Both the position numbers and the translations under genes were made by a program. The notes under the pieces were generated by a model. The model searched no databases, was not told the DNA's origin, and saw only the letters and a list, made by a program, of their open reading frames with translations. 64,000 nt of DNA from an uncultured Bacilli bacterium (GTDB lineage: Bacteria; Bacillota_I; Bacilli_A; RF39; UBA660), in assembly GCA_934098735.1 (NCBI GenBank), contig CAKOOS010000005.1, positions 4,358 through 68,357 on the forward strand. Reading direction: 5' to 3'. Positions 1-10,310 of the stretch are shown here, one piece after another (the stretch's first letter is position 1; every line of letters starts with the position of its first letter).

Positions 1-411
1 GTTTAATTGAATAGATAAATCAACCGAAAATGGTAAACCATACCCTAATTTTTTTAAAATTTTTTCATTTTTTAAAACTATCTCTTTTGTATCTTCTAAT
101 ATAAGTTTATTTTCATCAAATACCATAATTCTATCACTAAATAAACTATCTTCAATATTGGTTGTAATATTTATAAACGTTATTCCTTGTTTATGAAGTT
201 GTTTTAATAAAGCTACTTTTTCTTTATTTCTTAAATTATAAAAGCTTTCACAAAATACCACCTGTTTATTTGGACAAAATTCCAAACTTTTCAAAAGTTC
301 TTCAAAAGATGACTTAGAATCAAATATTCGATAAGAACTAAACATTCTTAAAAAATTTTTATCAGCATTATTTGCAAGCACAGTATAATTACAATTTTCA
401 TCAAACTTCAT
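1..411 (-). CDS. Partial ORF running off the left edge of the window (N-terminus near 411 or 345). The segment weakly resembles the Walker-B to H-loop half of ABC-type ATPases and lacks a P-loop. Function is uncertain and it may be a gene remnant
   Basis: Hand translation of the minus strand, in frame with position 1. A stop lies upstream at 433-435 and candidate starts at 411 and 345. The motif '...QVVFCESFYNL...KQGITFINITTNIEDSLFSDRIMVFDENKLI' resembles the ABC ATPase C-terminal half. This ORF is not in the supplied track because it is cut by the window edge. Confidence 0.3.
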   Translation of the reverse strand, partial: MKFDENCNYTVLANNADKNFLRMFSSYRIFDSKSSFEELLKSLEFCPNKQVVFCESFYNLRNKEKVALLKQLHKQGITFINITTNIEDSLFSDRIMVFDENKLILEDTKEIVLKNEKILKKLGYGLPFSVDLSIQLN

Positions 412-874
412 ATTCAATAACTTTGCCTTCTTTCAAACTTTTTTTTACATCTATAATTCTTTGATTTGTACTACCTCTAAATTTACAATTTAAACTTTTT
501 TTATCTAATACAAACTTACCATCGACTAGAACATCAATATCCTTTAACAGTTCCTTTTTAGCATCATTTAAAGAATTTAAAGCCTCAAAAGTATAACCAG
601 TATATGCCCAAACATTTAAAGAAAGACTATGTGCATATTTAGATATTTTTAAAGCAGCCTCTGGTTGAAAAAAAGGATCGCCTCCAGATAACGTTATTCC
701 ATCTTGATATTTTAATTCTTTAATTTCTTTAAGTATATTATCTATATTTACAGAAAAGCCCCCATTTAAATCATGTGTTTCTGGATTGTGACACCCAACA
801 CAATTATGTAAACAACCTTGAAACCAGATAACCGTTCTAATACCTTTTCCATCAATAAAGCTATCTGGTTGCAT
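401..874 (-). CDS. nrdG: Anaerobic ribonucleoside-triphosphate reductase activating protein (radical SAM)
   Basis: CxxxCxxC cluster 'FQGCLHNCVGCHN' and the motifs 'LSGGDP', 'VLVDGKFV' and 'RGSTNQ' typical of NrdG. The size (about 157-168 aa) fits. The start was trimmed to the second Met, MQPDSF. Confidence 0.85.
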   Translation of the reverse strand: MQPDSFIDGKGIRTVIWFQGCLHNCVGCHNPETHDLNGGFSVNIDNILKEIKELKYQDGITLSGGDPFFQPEAALKISKYAHSLSLNVWAYTGYTFEALNSLNDAKKELLKDIDVLVDGKFVLDKKSLNCKFRGSTNQRIIDVKKSLKEGKVIEYEV

Positions 875-887
875 GCTAGCTGCTAAT

Positions 888-1814
888 CTAACTTCCACTA
901 CTATCACTCTTTTCTTTATGTCTTTTTACCAAATTTGCTACTTTTATAAAATGATGATTTACACCAGATTTCCCAATTTTATAGCCATATTCCATCGTAA
1001 CAATATCAGCAAGCTCCTGCAAACTTACTTCTGGATATTTTTCACGAGCCTCCATAACTATTTGAACCTTTTCATCAAGTAAATCCCATAAATTATTTTC
1101 TCTTAAATAATTTATATTTTTAAGTTGTAATTGACCAGTCTTAAAACTTTTTTCTTGATTAGCAATTTCACAATTATTTAGTCTATTTACCATATTTTTA
1201 TGATCTTTGTAAATTCTAATATCTTCAAAATAAAATAAAGAATTAATTGCTTTAAATCGTTTAATTAAATCACTAATACATTCACTCATTTTAATATAAA
1301 CAATATTTTTATAGCCTCTTTTAATAATTTTAGCTTTCAAATTAAATTCATTTAATATATTTAAAATTTGTTTAGCAAGTATATCCTTAGTAATAATAAA
1401 CTCCAAATGATAACCACTTGTACTAGGATTAGTAACATTTCCAACAGCTAAAAAAGCACCTTGTAAAAATGCAATTTTCTCTTCTTCACTAACAAGTTCA
1501 TCTAATTTATAACTTCTCCCTAAATTAATATTTTTCTTTATAAAATCTACTTTATCTTTAATAGAAATTATATATATTTGCTTTACTTTAAATCTTTTTT
1601 GAATTCTTATCACTATACTTGGATTTACATTAAAGGTTTGTTTTATTTCTTTATAAACTCTTCTAGCAATACTTGCATTTTCTAAAGTTAAAACTATTTC
1701 ATCATTACTAAATTTTGCTATACAATTCATAAATGCTTCAAGCTCATATCGTGCTTCAAGTAAATTAAAATCATTTTTTGAAATTTCTTCTTTTAACATT
1801 GTTGTAAAAGTCAT
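888..1814 (-). CDS. whiA: Sporulation/cell-division transcription regulator WhiA
   Basis: 308 aa with a LAGLIDADG-like N-domain plus a C-terminal HTH. The yvcK-whiA arrangement is conserved. Confidence 0.88.
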   Translation of the reverse strand: MTFTTMLKEEISKNDFNLLEARYELEAFMNCIAKFSNDEIVLTLENASIARRVYKEIKQTFNVNPSIVIRIQKRFKVKQIYIISIKDKVDFIKKNINLGRSYKLDELVSEEEKIAFLQGAFLAVGNVTNPSTSGYHLEFIITKDILAKQILNILNEFNLKAKIIKRGYKNIVYIKMSECISDLIKRFKAINSLFYFEDIRIYKDHKNMVNRLNNCEIANQEKSFKTGQLQLKNINYLRENNLWDLLDEKVQIVMEAREKYPEVSLQELADIVTMEYGYKIGKSGVNHHFIKVANLVKRHKEKSDSSGS

Positions 1815-2767
1815 TATTTACGTCCATCCATTAAGTAAGAAAATATTAAATATCCAGTCTTAAGAGCATCATGTCTATACACTCCATCTTCAATTGTAAA
1901 CAACTTATCAGAAATAACATATATATTATCATTATCAAGTTCATGCATATCTAAAAGAACTGGATCTTTTTGCTCTTCATTAGAGTATTTACTTGCTAAT
2001 TTACTACTCATAATAGCATTATTAGCTATGACAACATCTAATTTATTTTTTCCTAAGTATTTTTCTAAATAATCTAAATGATCTTTAACAGTAAAGCCAT
2101 CTGTTTCTCCAGGTTGAGTAAATAAATTACAAACATATACTTTTTCCCCTTTAGATTTATTTATTATATCAACTAGATCCTTATCAATTAAATGGGGTAT
2201 TATACTTGTAAGTAAACTTCCAGAAGAAAAAATAATTAAATCTGCCTCATTTACAGCCTTTATAACTTTGGGATTTATATTTATTTTTTTATCATATTTA
2301 ACTTCTACAATTTTTTTAGCACATTTAGTAAGTTGTTCTTCTCCCCTAATTTCTTTTCCATCATTTGTAACGCCAATTAAATTTACATTGTCTTCCGTCA
2401 AAGGTATAACAGTACCTTTAACATCTAGTATTTTTTCCATAACTGGCAAAGCACTAGCAAAATTTCCTTTTAAATCTAAAAGAGCCGTTAAAAGTAAATT
2501 TTTAACAGAATGAATTCCTAAACTTTTGGATTTAGTAAAACGATAATTCATTAAATCAATAACATCTTGATTTGTATCTGCCATACTAAGCATAACCTTA
2601 GAAATATCTCCAACAGCAGGAATATTTAGTTCTCTTCTAAGTATTCCTGTACTTTTTCCATTATCAGCAACTGATACAACTGCTGTAATATCAACAGGAA
2701 ATAATTTTATACCCTTTAAAAGTTGTGAAAGACCACTTCCACCACCAAAAATTACTATTTTTTTCAT
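1814..2767 (-). CDS. yvcK: Gluconeogenesis factor / UPF0052 (CofD-like) protein YvcK
   Basis: N-terminal 'IVIFGGGSGLS', 317 aa, directly upstream of whiA. Confidence 0.85.
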   Translation of the reverse strand: MKKIVIFGGGSGLSQLLKGIKLFPVDITAVVSVADNGKSTGILRRELNIPAVGDISKVMLSMADTNQDVIDLMNYRFTKSKSLGIHSVKNLLLTALLDLKGNFASALPVMEKILDVKGTVIPLTEDNVNLIGVTNDGKEIRGEEQLTKCAKKIVEVKYDKKININPKVIKAVNEADLIIFSSGSLLTSIIPHLIDKDLVDIINKSKGEKVYVCNLFTQPGETDGFTVKDHLDYLEKYLGKNKLDVVIANNAIMSSKLASKYSNEEQKDPVLLDMHELDNDNIYVISDKLFTIEDGVYRHDALKTGYLIFSYLMDGRK

Positions 2768-2814
2768 ATTTCATCACAAAACAAGTGTATCATAAATACT
2801 TTTAAAATGCAAAA

Positions 2815-3690
2815 TTACAAAAAGAATCTTTTAGAATTCTTTACTCCTCCACTTACCTCAAAACATTTATCTGTAATAATAAAAGCATCAGGATCTATTT
2901 CTAGTATTTTTTGTTTTAATAAATAATAATCACTGTTATTTACTACACACATAATTAAATAGCCGTTTTTTTGAGTATATCCACCTTTACTAGGAATAGT
3001 TGTAAAACCAGTATGAAATTCATCGATTATTAATTTTTTAATTTTACGCATTTTTTTTGTATAAATATAAAATAATTTACTATCAGATACTCCAAACATA
3101 ATTTTATCAATAAAAAATGTTGAACAAGTTAAAATAATAAAAGAATAAACTCCTTTTGTAAAACCAAATACAATCATTCCTAAAATAATTATGACACTAT
3201 TAGCCACTACCATAGATTTTGATTCCGATATTTTAGCATATTTATTAATTATTTGCATAATTATATCTGATCCTCCAGTAGAAAAACCACTTCGATAAAT
3301 AAGACCACTACTAACACCATATAAAATTACGGCAAAAAGTAAAATTAAATAAAAGTCATCTGTTACTAAATAATTTGTTAAATATGTTGCAACTGGAAGA
3401 GATATAGTTACCATAAGGGGATACAATATAGAACCTAATATATTTTTTTTAGTTACTTCAAAATCTAAAAAAATTGCCCCAATAAAAAGTAATAAAAAGT
3501 TAGTAACATAAATAAACACTTGAGAATTCCAACCAAGAAGTTTTTGAACAACAATTGCAATACCACTAAAACCAGAAACCACTAAATTATTCGGAGTCAA
3601 AAACAAATTAAAACATAAAGCATACAAAAATACTCCAAATACAAAAGAAATTCCATCAATTATAATATCTCGTGTATTATTATCTACCAT
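2815..3690 (-). CDS. YitT-family integral membrane protein (DUF161/DUF2179)
   Basis: Multiple TM helices plus a C-terminal DUF2179-like soluble domain; 291 aa. Confidence 0.65.
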   Translation of the reverse strand: MVDNNTRDIIIDGISFVFGVFLYALCFNLFLTPNNLVVSGFSGIAIVVQKLLGWNSQVFIYVTNFLLLFIGAIFLDFEVTKKNILGSILYPLMVTISLPVATYLTNYLVTDDFYLILLFAVILYGVSSGLIYRSGFSTGGSDIIMQIINKYAKISESKSMVVANSVIIILGMIVFGFTKGVYSFIILTCSTFFIDKIMFGVSDSKLFYIYTKKMRKIKKLIIDEFHTGFTTIPSKGGYTQKNGYLIMCVVNNSDYYLLKQKILEIDPDAFIITDKCFEVSGGVKNSKRFFL

Positions 3691-3787
3691 CTTACTTCCA
3701 TCCTAATCTGCTTTAATTATAAAACATTAATAGTTTTTTGGCAATTATTAATATTTATTTCATATATTGTTTTAGAGGTGATATTTT

Positions 3788-4144
3788 ATGAACGGAAATT
3801 ATTATCAAAATCCAACTTTTCCAACAAACAATTTTCAAACACCACCAGGTAATATGTCAGTAACAGATGTTACTAATAATATTCCGCAAGAACAAAGTTA
3901 TATCGAAAATATTTTACGTTTAAACAAAGGAAGAAAAATAAAAGCTTATGTTTCTTACCCAGATAGCAGTGCTTGGCAAAACAAAGTATACGAAGGAATA
4001 ATTGAAGAAGCTGGAAAAGATCATTTAATAATCAGAGATAACACTAATAATTTATGGTATTTAATTAGAATCATTTACTTAAATTACGTAGAATTTATGG
4101 AACCAATAATTTATTCTCATTCATATTCAGAAAAAACTTACTAA
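3788..4144 (+). CDS. gerQ: Spore coat protein GerQ-like
   Basis: Q/P/N-rich N-terminus. The C-terminal 'SYIENILRLNKGRK...GIIEEAGKDHLIIRD...YLIRIIYLNYVEF' resembles the GerQ/YwdL conserved domain. Confidence 0.5.
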   Translation: MNGNYYQNPTFPTNNFQTPPGNMSVTDVTNNIPQEQSYIENILRLNKGRKIKAYVSYPDSSAWQNKVYEGIIEEAGKDHLIIRDNTNNLWYLIRIIYLNYVEFMEPIIYSHSYSEKTY

Positions 4145-4164
4145 AATCACTTTTGTGATTTTTT

Positions 4165-4662
4165 TTAATAATAATAATTAAATCTTTTCTTTTCATCTCC
4201 TAAAGTAGTTTTAGGACCATGACCAGGATATAAAATTATTTCATCTGGGTATTTTTGAATTAGTTTTAAACTTTTTATCATATCTAGATCACTTCCAGTT
4301 TCTAAATCAGTTCTTCCAATTGTACCATAGAAAATAAAATCACCACAAAACATAATCTTATTTTCTTTAAAATAAAAAGTCTTACTATCAGCAGAATGAC
4401 CTGGATTATGAATTACTTCATAATCAAAGAATCCACTTTTATTGTTGGCCTTTAGTTTAAAATAATTTTCTACTTCTTTCAAAGCTCCGACATGATCAAA
4501 ATGATTGTGAGTAACAAGTATCTCTTTAACATTTTTATTTTTACAAGCTTCAATTATTTTTAAAGCTTCATCACCTGGATCAATTATTATACTAAAATTA
4601 TTTTTAGTTATTATATAACAATTTTCTTGTAATGCTCCAACTACTAAAGTATCTATTTGCAT
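4165..4662 (-). CDS. MBL-fold metallo-hydrolase
   Basis: 'THNHFDHVGA' His motif of the metallo-beta-lactamase fold; 165 aa. Confidence 0.7.
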   Translation of the reverse strand: MQIDTLVVGALQENCYIITKNNFSIIIDPGDEALKIIEACKNKNVKEILVTHNHFDHVGALKEVENYFKLKANNKSGFFDYEVIHNPGHSADSKTFYFKENKIMFCGDFIFYGTIGRTDLETGSDLDMIKSLKLIQKYPDEIILYPGHGPKTTLGDEKKRFNYYY

Positions 4663-4734
4663 AAAATCACCAATTATAATATAACAAAAAAGCTACATTC
4701 TAACAACAAAAAAATTTCTCTTTCGAGAAACTTT

Positions 4735-5970
4735 TTAACCAAACCACTGAGTTCTTGAATAAAACCAAGCACCTTTGCCAGGATATCCTGGGGGATTAAT
4801 TAAGTGGGCTACAAATAGTTTATATGCATTCCTAGCTGGATATTCAGTATAATATCCTTCAGATACTGACAAATGCAAGTGAGCTCCAAATGTACAAGTA
4901 TCATATCCACCATATTTAGCAGACGTACTATAACCACCAGATTTACCAATAACTGTCTGAGTTGTTATATTTTGTCCTTCTTTTACACTTACTGATAATA
5001 AATGAGCATATAATAAAGTATATTTTTTACCAGCTACAAGTGACTGAACATAAACTTGATTACCACCACAGTTAGTTCTAATTATACTTATAACTCTTCC
5101 GTTAGTTGAAGAATAAACAGTTGTTCCCTCTGCCATTCCTAAATCAATTCCACTATGATTGCTAGATTTTCCATTTAAAATACGATAACCAAACAAACTA
5201 GATACGTAAGCCTTACTTACAGGTTTTAACCATCCAGTATTAGCTCCATAAGAAATACATACTGCAAGCCGATCAGAATCTTTACAACCGGCATCTTCGT
5301 ACATTTTAATAAGTGATTTTTGAATTTTAATTTCATCTTCAATTGAAACTGATATATCAGATAATTCTAACATACTACTATCTAATTCTGCAATTTTTTG
5401 TTCATAAGTTGTAATATTACTTTGTAATTGTTTTTCATAATTTTTCAAATCAACTTGTTTTTGTTCATTTGTCTTTATAAGACTATCTAGTTCTGCTAGT
5501 TTGTTTTTATTATATGTTGCAAGTTGTTCAATTGCATCAATACGCATAATTAAATCTGTCATAGAAGCTGAGTCACTAACAAATTGTAAATAAGCATTAT
5601 CACCATTCATAAGTTGATAAAAAGCCATTATTTCATTAGTTTGTTCATTTAACTCTGTAATCTTAGTCTGCGTACTTTCTATTTCTGCCTTCGCAGTTGC
5701 TATATTATTTTCTGACTTTTCTATTTCAGAATGTGCTTCATTAATTGCTACATTCTTTGCATTAATTTCTGCTTTCGTCAAATTCTTTTTATATTCATTA
5801 TTTCGATACTTTGTTTCTAAATCTTTAAGTTCAGCTTTTAATTCTGCAAGCGTCGTAGCTTTGCTAGAAGCATTAGTTTTCGTAGGTATAATCAAAAAAG
5901 AGTAAGCTATAATAACTATAACGCTTATATAACGAATGAAATAGTTTAAATATTTTTTAATAGTCATCAT
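4735..5970 (-). CDS. Coiled-coil M23 (LytM) metalloendopeptidase. Probably the FtsEX-controlled murein hydrolase or activator (EnvC/PcsB-like role)
   Basis: N-terminal signal/TM and a long coiled-coil. The C-terminal M23 domain carries 'HSGIDL', 'YAHL' and 'HLHL'. It sits immediately downstream of ftsE-ftsX. Confidence 0.8.
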   Translation of the reverse strand: MMTIKKYLNYFIRYISVIVIIAYSFLIIPTKTNASSKATTLAELKAELKDLETKYRNNEYKKNLTKAEINAKNVAINEAHSEIEKSENNIATAKAEIESTQTKITELNEQTNEIMAFYQLMNGDNAYLQFVSDSASMTDLIMRIDAIEQLATYNKNKLAELDSLIKTNEQKQVDLKNYEKQLQSNITTYEQKIAELDSSMLELSDISVSIEDEIKIQKSLIKMYEDAGCKDSDRLAVCISYGANTGWLKPVSKAYVSSLFGYRILNGKSSNHSGIDLGMAEGTTVYSSTNGRVISIIRTNCGGNQVYVQSLVAGKKYTLLYAHLLSVSVKEGQNITTQTVIGKSGGYSTSAKYGGYDTCTFGAHLHLSVSEGYYTEYPARNAYKLFVAHLINPPGYPGKGAWFYSRTQWFG

Positions 5971-6884
5971 ATTTTTAAATACTTCCTTACCGCTTTAATA
6001 CTTCCAAACATTCCAACAATCGCTCCAATACCTACTAAGATCAAAGAAACCCAAAATACAAAATTATAAGGTTTTATAAGCATAATCATATTTGTAAAAA
6101 GCTTTCCATGTAATCTGGTATATAAAATTACATAACCATAAATAGTAATACAAACAGGTATTATTGATCCAATAATCCCAATTATAAATCCCTCAAATAG
6201 AAAAGGAAGTTTTATACAAATATTTGAAGCACCAACTAAACGCATAATTTCAATTTCATTTCGGCGACTAAATATTGTAAGCTTAATTGTATTGCCAATT
6301 AAAAAACTTGTAACTAAAACTAATGCAATTACTAAAACTATAACAACTTTTTGAACTACATCAAATACAGATATAACTTTTTCAACCATTCCTTCGCCAT
6401 ATTTGACAGTATCTACACCATTAATACTTTCAATATACTCACTAGTTTCTTTTAATTTTTTTACATCATTTACTTTTAAAATAAAAGAATTTAAAAGAGG
6501 ATTTTCATCTAAATAATTAAGAACTGTTTCAAAAGAAGAATTATAATTACTCATTTCAAGTTTCCATTCGTCTTTACTCTTAAATACTACTTCTGATACA
6601 TTACTTTGATTGTTTAAATCAGCTTTAATATTCTCTATTTGCTCATCTGTTACATCTTTATTTAAATATACAATAATTGTTAGTTCATCTTCAATTAATT
6701 TAGTAGCATTATCAACGTTTGCTGCAGCTACTAAAGCAACAGCTACTAAAATTAAAGTTATAGTTGTACACATAATTGAAGCAAAACTTAAAGAAAAATT
6801 TCTTATTACACTTTTAAAAGCATCTCTTATGCTTCGGAAAAAAATTCTAAATGCCTTCATTTGTCTTATAACTTCCTTTCGCAT
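5967..6884 (-). CDS. ftsX: Cell-division ABC permease-like protein FtsX
   Basis: Four TM helices with a large extracellular loop; overlaps ftsE as in ftsEX operons. Confidence 0.85.
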   Translation of the reverse strand: MRKEVIRQMKAFRIFFRSIRDAFKSVIRNFSLSFASIMCTTITLILVAVALVAAANVDNATKLIEDELTIIVYLNKDVTDEQIENIKADLNNQSNVSEVVFKSKDEWKLEMSNYNSSFETVLNYLDENPLLNSFILKVNDVKKLKETSEYIESINGVDTVKYGEGMVEKVISVFDVVQKVVIVLVIALVLVTSFLIGNTIKLTIFSRRNEIEIMRLVGASNICIKLPFLFEGFIIGIIGSIIPVCITIYGYVILYTRLHGKLFTNMIMLIKPYNFVFWVSLILVGIGAIVGMFGSIKAVRKYLKI

Positions 6885-7548
6885 AATCTCCAGCTAAAAC
6901 ACCATGATTAATTAATAAAACTCTTTTCTTCATTCTATCAACAATTTCTTTATCATGGGTAGCCATTATAATAGTTGTACCTAATTCTTTATTAATTTTT
7001 TCAATAACATTCATTATATCTTTACTAGTTTCAGGATCTAGGTTACCTGTAGGTTCATCACATATTAACAATTTTGGCTCATTTACAATAGCCCTAGCTA
7101 TACAAACTCTTTGTTGTTCACCACCAGATAGCTCTCCCGGAAAAGCTCTCACCTTTTCCTTTAAACCTACCCTTTCTAAAGCACTTATTACTTTAGGTCT
7201 AATTTCTGAACTCTTCATCCCAATACATTCTAACGCAAAAGCTACATTTTCATAAACAGTTAATCTAGGAAGAAGTTTAAAATCTTGAAATACTATTCCT
7301 AGTTTTCTTCTTAATTTATATACTTTTCTATTTCTTAATTTACCTACATTTAAACCACCAACATATACAGTTCCACTTGTTGGTTTTTCTTCTCGATAAA
7401 GCATTTTTATAAATGTTGATTTACCACTAGCAGTAAGACCAATAACAAAAACAAACTCACCCTTAGAAACTTCAACAGACAAATCTGCAATAGCAGTTAT
7501 GCCATTTTTATAGGTTTTATTTACATTTTTCAATTCTATAAACTTCAT
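6847..7548 (-). CDS. ftsE: Cell-division ATP-binding protein FtsE
   Basis: Walker A 'GLTASGKST', the LSGGEQQR signature and Walker B 'LLICDEPTGNLD'. Confidence 0.9.
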   Translation of the reverse strand: MKFIELKNVNKTYKNGITAIADLSVEVSKGEFVFVIGLTASGKSTFIKMLYREEKPTSGTVYVGGLNVGKLRNRKVYKLRRKLGIVFQDFKLLPRLTVYENVAFALECIGMKSSEIRPKVISALERVGLKEKVRAFPGELSGGEQQRVCIARAIVNEPKLLICDEPTGNLDPETSKDIMNVIEKINKELGTTIIMATHDKEIVDRMKKRVLLINHGVLAGDYAKGSYKTNEGI

Positions 7549-7676
7549 GATGGTCCTCCAGCATAATTATATCATTAATAATTTTATTTATAAATGGTAA
7601 ATTATTGTATTTTACATAAACATTACTTGTAAAGGCCTATTATATTTATTATAATTGAGGATATGGAGATGATTAT

Positions 7677-9287
7677 TTGAAAAAAAATGAATTTATAGAA
7701 GGAGCTATGATTGCCACAATAGCAATAATAGTATCAAAAATATTGGGAGTTCTTTATGTTATTCCATTTTATAAAATTATTGGTGAAAACGGCGGAGCTT
7801 TATATGGTTATGCCTATAATATATATAACTTTTTTCTTATTATTTCTTCTGCAGGTATTCCACTTGCCATTAGTAAAATAACAAGTGAATATAATACTTT
7901 GGGAAAATATAAAGAAAAAACATACATGTTTAAGTATTCTAAAAAAATAATTAGAATATTTTCAATTGTATCTTTTTGTATTTGCTTTTTTGGAGCTAAT
8001 TTAATTGCCAATGCTATCGTTGGAGACTTAACTGGAGGAAACAGTGTATCAGATGTAGCTTTTGTAATAAGATGTGTTTCTTTTGCCATCTTAGTTGTTC
8101 CAATTCTTAGTATTTTTAGAGGTTACTTACAAGGTCATAGATATATATCTGTTCCTTCAATAGGACAAGTTATTGAACAATTTGTAAGAGTTGTAGTTAT
8201 TATAGCAGGTTCTTTCTTAGCCTTAAAAGTCTTTAATTTATCGGTTGCTCAAGCAGTTGGAATTGCCGTCTTCGGAGCATGCGCTGGAGCATTAGTTTCT
8301 TATGGTTATTTATTAATTAAAACTAATAAAGTTAAAAACGAAATCTTTGTTCCATTTGAAGAAGTTTCTAAAGAAGAAAAGAAAAGCATATTAAAAAAAT
8401 TAATTGGATATTGCATTCCTTTCATCATTATAAACGTAGCTAATAGTATATATAATTCTGTTGACATGATTCTAGTTATAAAGGGATTAAATTGGATAGG
8501 TTACCCTGCCAAAGACATTGAGACTATATCATCAGTATTTACAACATGGGGAAGTAAACTTGTTAGTGTTGTAACAGCAATCGCAACTGGACTTGTAATC
8601 AGCTTAATTCCTTCTATAGTTGAAGCATTTACTAAAAATGATATGGAAGAAGTAAATAACCAATTTAATAAAACATTACAAGTTCTACTATATATAATTT
8701 TGCCTCTTTCAATATTTTTAAGCATATTTTCTAAAGAAGTATGGACATGCTTTTACGGAGAAAGTTTTTATGGTCCTTTAATATTTAAATATATTATATT
8801 GCTTGCCATTTTAGATAGTGCTTATATAATGATATGTAGTGCTCTTCAAGGATTAAGCAAAACCAAATTAATTTATATATCCGTAGCAACTGGATTAATT
8901 ACTAAAACTATTTTAGATATTCCTTTAATATTTTTATTTAACAAACTTGGTATTTATCCTTTTTATGGAGCAATTCTAGCAACCACAATTGGTTATATTT
9001 TATCATTAATTATACCTCTTTATACACTAAAGACTAAATACAAATTTAATTACCAAAAAACTATAAAATCTATACCAAAATTAGTTTTGACAGTTGTTAT
9101 ATTAATAGTTATTTCCGTGCTTTTACGCAATATAGTATTTAGCCGTGTATCAGGTAGAATTGCAATTTTATTAGCTTTAGGAGTAATAGGTTTAGTTGAT
9201 CTAATCATTTACTACTTACTAAACAAAGAATTATTAAATGATTTACTCGGAGATAAAATTTTAAAAAAATTTAAAAAGAATAAATAA
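7677..9287 (+). CDS. MOP-superfamily polysaccharide/lipid-II flippase (SpoVB/YtgP-like)
   Basis: 536 aa with about 14 TM helices. The N-terminus is typical of SpoVB/MurJ-family proteins. Confidence 0.7.
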   Translation: MKKNEFIEGAMIATIAIIVSKILGVLYVIPFYKIIGENGGALYGYAYNIYNFFLIISSAGIPLAISKITSEYNTLGKYKEKTYMFKYSKKIIRIFSIVSFCICFFGANLIANAIVGDLTGGNSVSDVAFVIRCVSFAILVVPILSIFRGYLQGHRYISVPSIGQVIEQFVRVVVIIAGSFLALKVFNLSVAQAVGIAVFGACAGALVSYGYLLIKTNKVKNEIFVPFEEVSKEEKKSILKKLIGYCIPFIIINVANSIYNSVDMILVIKGLNWIGYPAKDIETISSVFTTWGSKLVSVVTAIATGLVISLIPSIVEAFTKNDMEEVNNQFNKTLQVLLYIILPLSIFLSIFSKEVWTCFYGESFYGPLIFKYIILLAILDSAYIMICSALQGLSKTKLIYISVATGLITKTILDIPLIFLFNKLGIYPFYGAILATTIGYILSLIIPLYTLKTKYKFNYQKTIKSIPKLVLTVVILIVISVLLRNIVFSRVSGRIAILLALGVIGLVDLIIYYLLNKELLNDLLGDKILKKFKKNK

Positions 9288-9288
9288 A

Positions 9289-9322
9289 AAATGTTTTAAA
9301 CATTAAGTTTAAAACATTTTTT
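9289..9322. terminator. Bidirectional rho-independent terminator between the flippase gene (+) and gap (-)
   Basis: Inverted repeat AATGTTTTAAAC-ATTAA-GTTTAAAACATT flanked by A-runs and T-runs. Confidence 0.6.
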
Positions 9323-10310
9323 TTGCAGTTCTAAGCATTTGGGCTGTATAACCATATTCATTATCATACCAAGCAAGTACTTTAACAAGTTGAGTTCCAT
9401 CAGCTTCCACAATGTTCGTTGAAAGGCCATCAACTATAGCCCCTACTTTTTTACCTAGACAATCGCTTGAAACTATTGGATCCATTGTAAACTTAATAGT
9501 TTCGTTTTGATTTTCTCTAAATAATCTATTTACTTCTTCAACACTAGTATTTCTATTTAATTCTAAAGTTAGATCTACAACAGACCCATCTGCAGTTGGA
9601 ACTCGTAAAGCGTTACCATCAAGTTTACCAAGAAGTTCTGGAATAACTAAGCCAATTGCTTTCGCAGCACCTGTACTAGATGGAACAATATTTTGAGCAC
9701 AAGCTCTACCACGTCTAGAATTAATACCCTTTTTATGAGCAATATCCAAAGTTGCTTGATCATTTGTATAAGCATGAACAGTAGTCATAAATCCTTTTTT
9801 AATACCAATATTTTTTTGTAAAATGTTTAAAACTGGTGCTAAACAATTAGTTGTACAACTAGCTGCACTAACCACTATATCTTCACTAGTTAAGATGTTA
9901 TCATTTACATTATAAACAATAGTTTTCATATCTCCCTTTCCAGGAGCACTTATTAATACTTTTTTAGCACCTGCTGAAATATGTTTCATAGCATCTTCTT
10001 TTTGAGTAAACTTGCCAGTACATTCAAGTACTAAATCAACACCAAGTTCACCCCAAGGAAGATTTGCAGGATCAGTTTCACTAAATACTTTAATTCTTTT
10101 AACACCCGCTACTACTATTTCATTTCCTTCTGCTTTTATTTCATCTTCATGAAATGATCCATGTACAGTATCATATTTAACTAAATACGCTAAATCCTCA
10201 GCACTTGTTAAATCATTAATAGCCACAATATCAAAATCTGTTTGTGTAACTATTTGTCTAAATGCTAATCTCCCAATTCTACCAAACCCATTAATTGCTA
10301 CTTTAATCAT
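9309..10310 (-). CDS. gap: Glyceraldehyde-3-phosphate dehydrogenase
   Basis: 'INGFGRIGR' NAD-binding motif and the 'ASCTTNCLAP' active site; 333 aa. Confidence 0.92.
   Translation of the reverse strand: MIKVAINGFGRIGRLAFRQIVTQTDFDIVAINDLTSAEDLAYLVKYDTVHGSFHEDEIKAEGNEIVVAGVKRIKVFSETDPANLPWGELGVDLVLECTGKFTQKEDAMKHISAGAKKVLISAPGKGDMKTIVYNVNDNILTSEDIVVSAASCTTNCLAPVLNILQKNIGIKKGFMTTVHAYTNDQATLDIAHKKGINSRRGRACAQNIVPSSTGAAKAIGLVIPELLGKLDGNALRVPTADGSVVDLTLELNRNTSVEEVNRLFRENQNETIKFTMDPIVSSDCLGKKVGAIVDGLSTNIVEADGTQLVKVLAWYDNEYGYTAQMLRTAKKMF

Noticed and set aside
1-411. Considered whether the edge ORF was the C-terminus of nrdD
   Set aside because: It is on the minus strand with its N-terminus near 411, downstream of nrdG rather than upstream. 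It lacks the glycyl-radical motif and has ABC-ATPase-like features instead
873-1082. Short + strand ORFs antisense to whiA, yvcK, ftsX, mfd, gyrA, gyrB and others (for example 873-1082, 2268-2513, 6610-6897, 7814-8089, 8501-8725, 18045-18371, 22352-22594, 24080-24575, 32129-32320, 33494-33718, 36004-36216, 42287-42514, 50188-50916, 55369-55632, 56839-57048, 57910-58149, 58201-58857)
   Set aside because: All lie wholly inside well-supported genes on the opposite strand or in another frame and have low-complexity F/I/L/S-rich products without RBSs. These are typical spurious ORFs of AT-rich DNA
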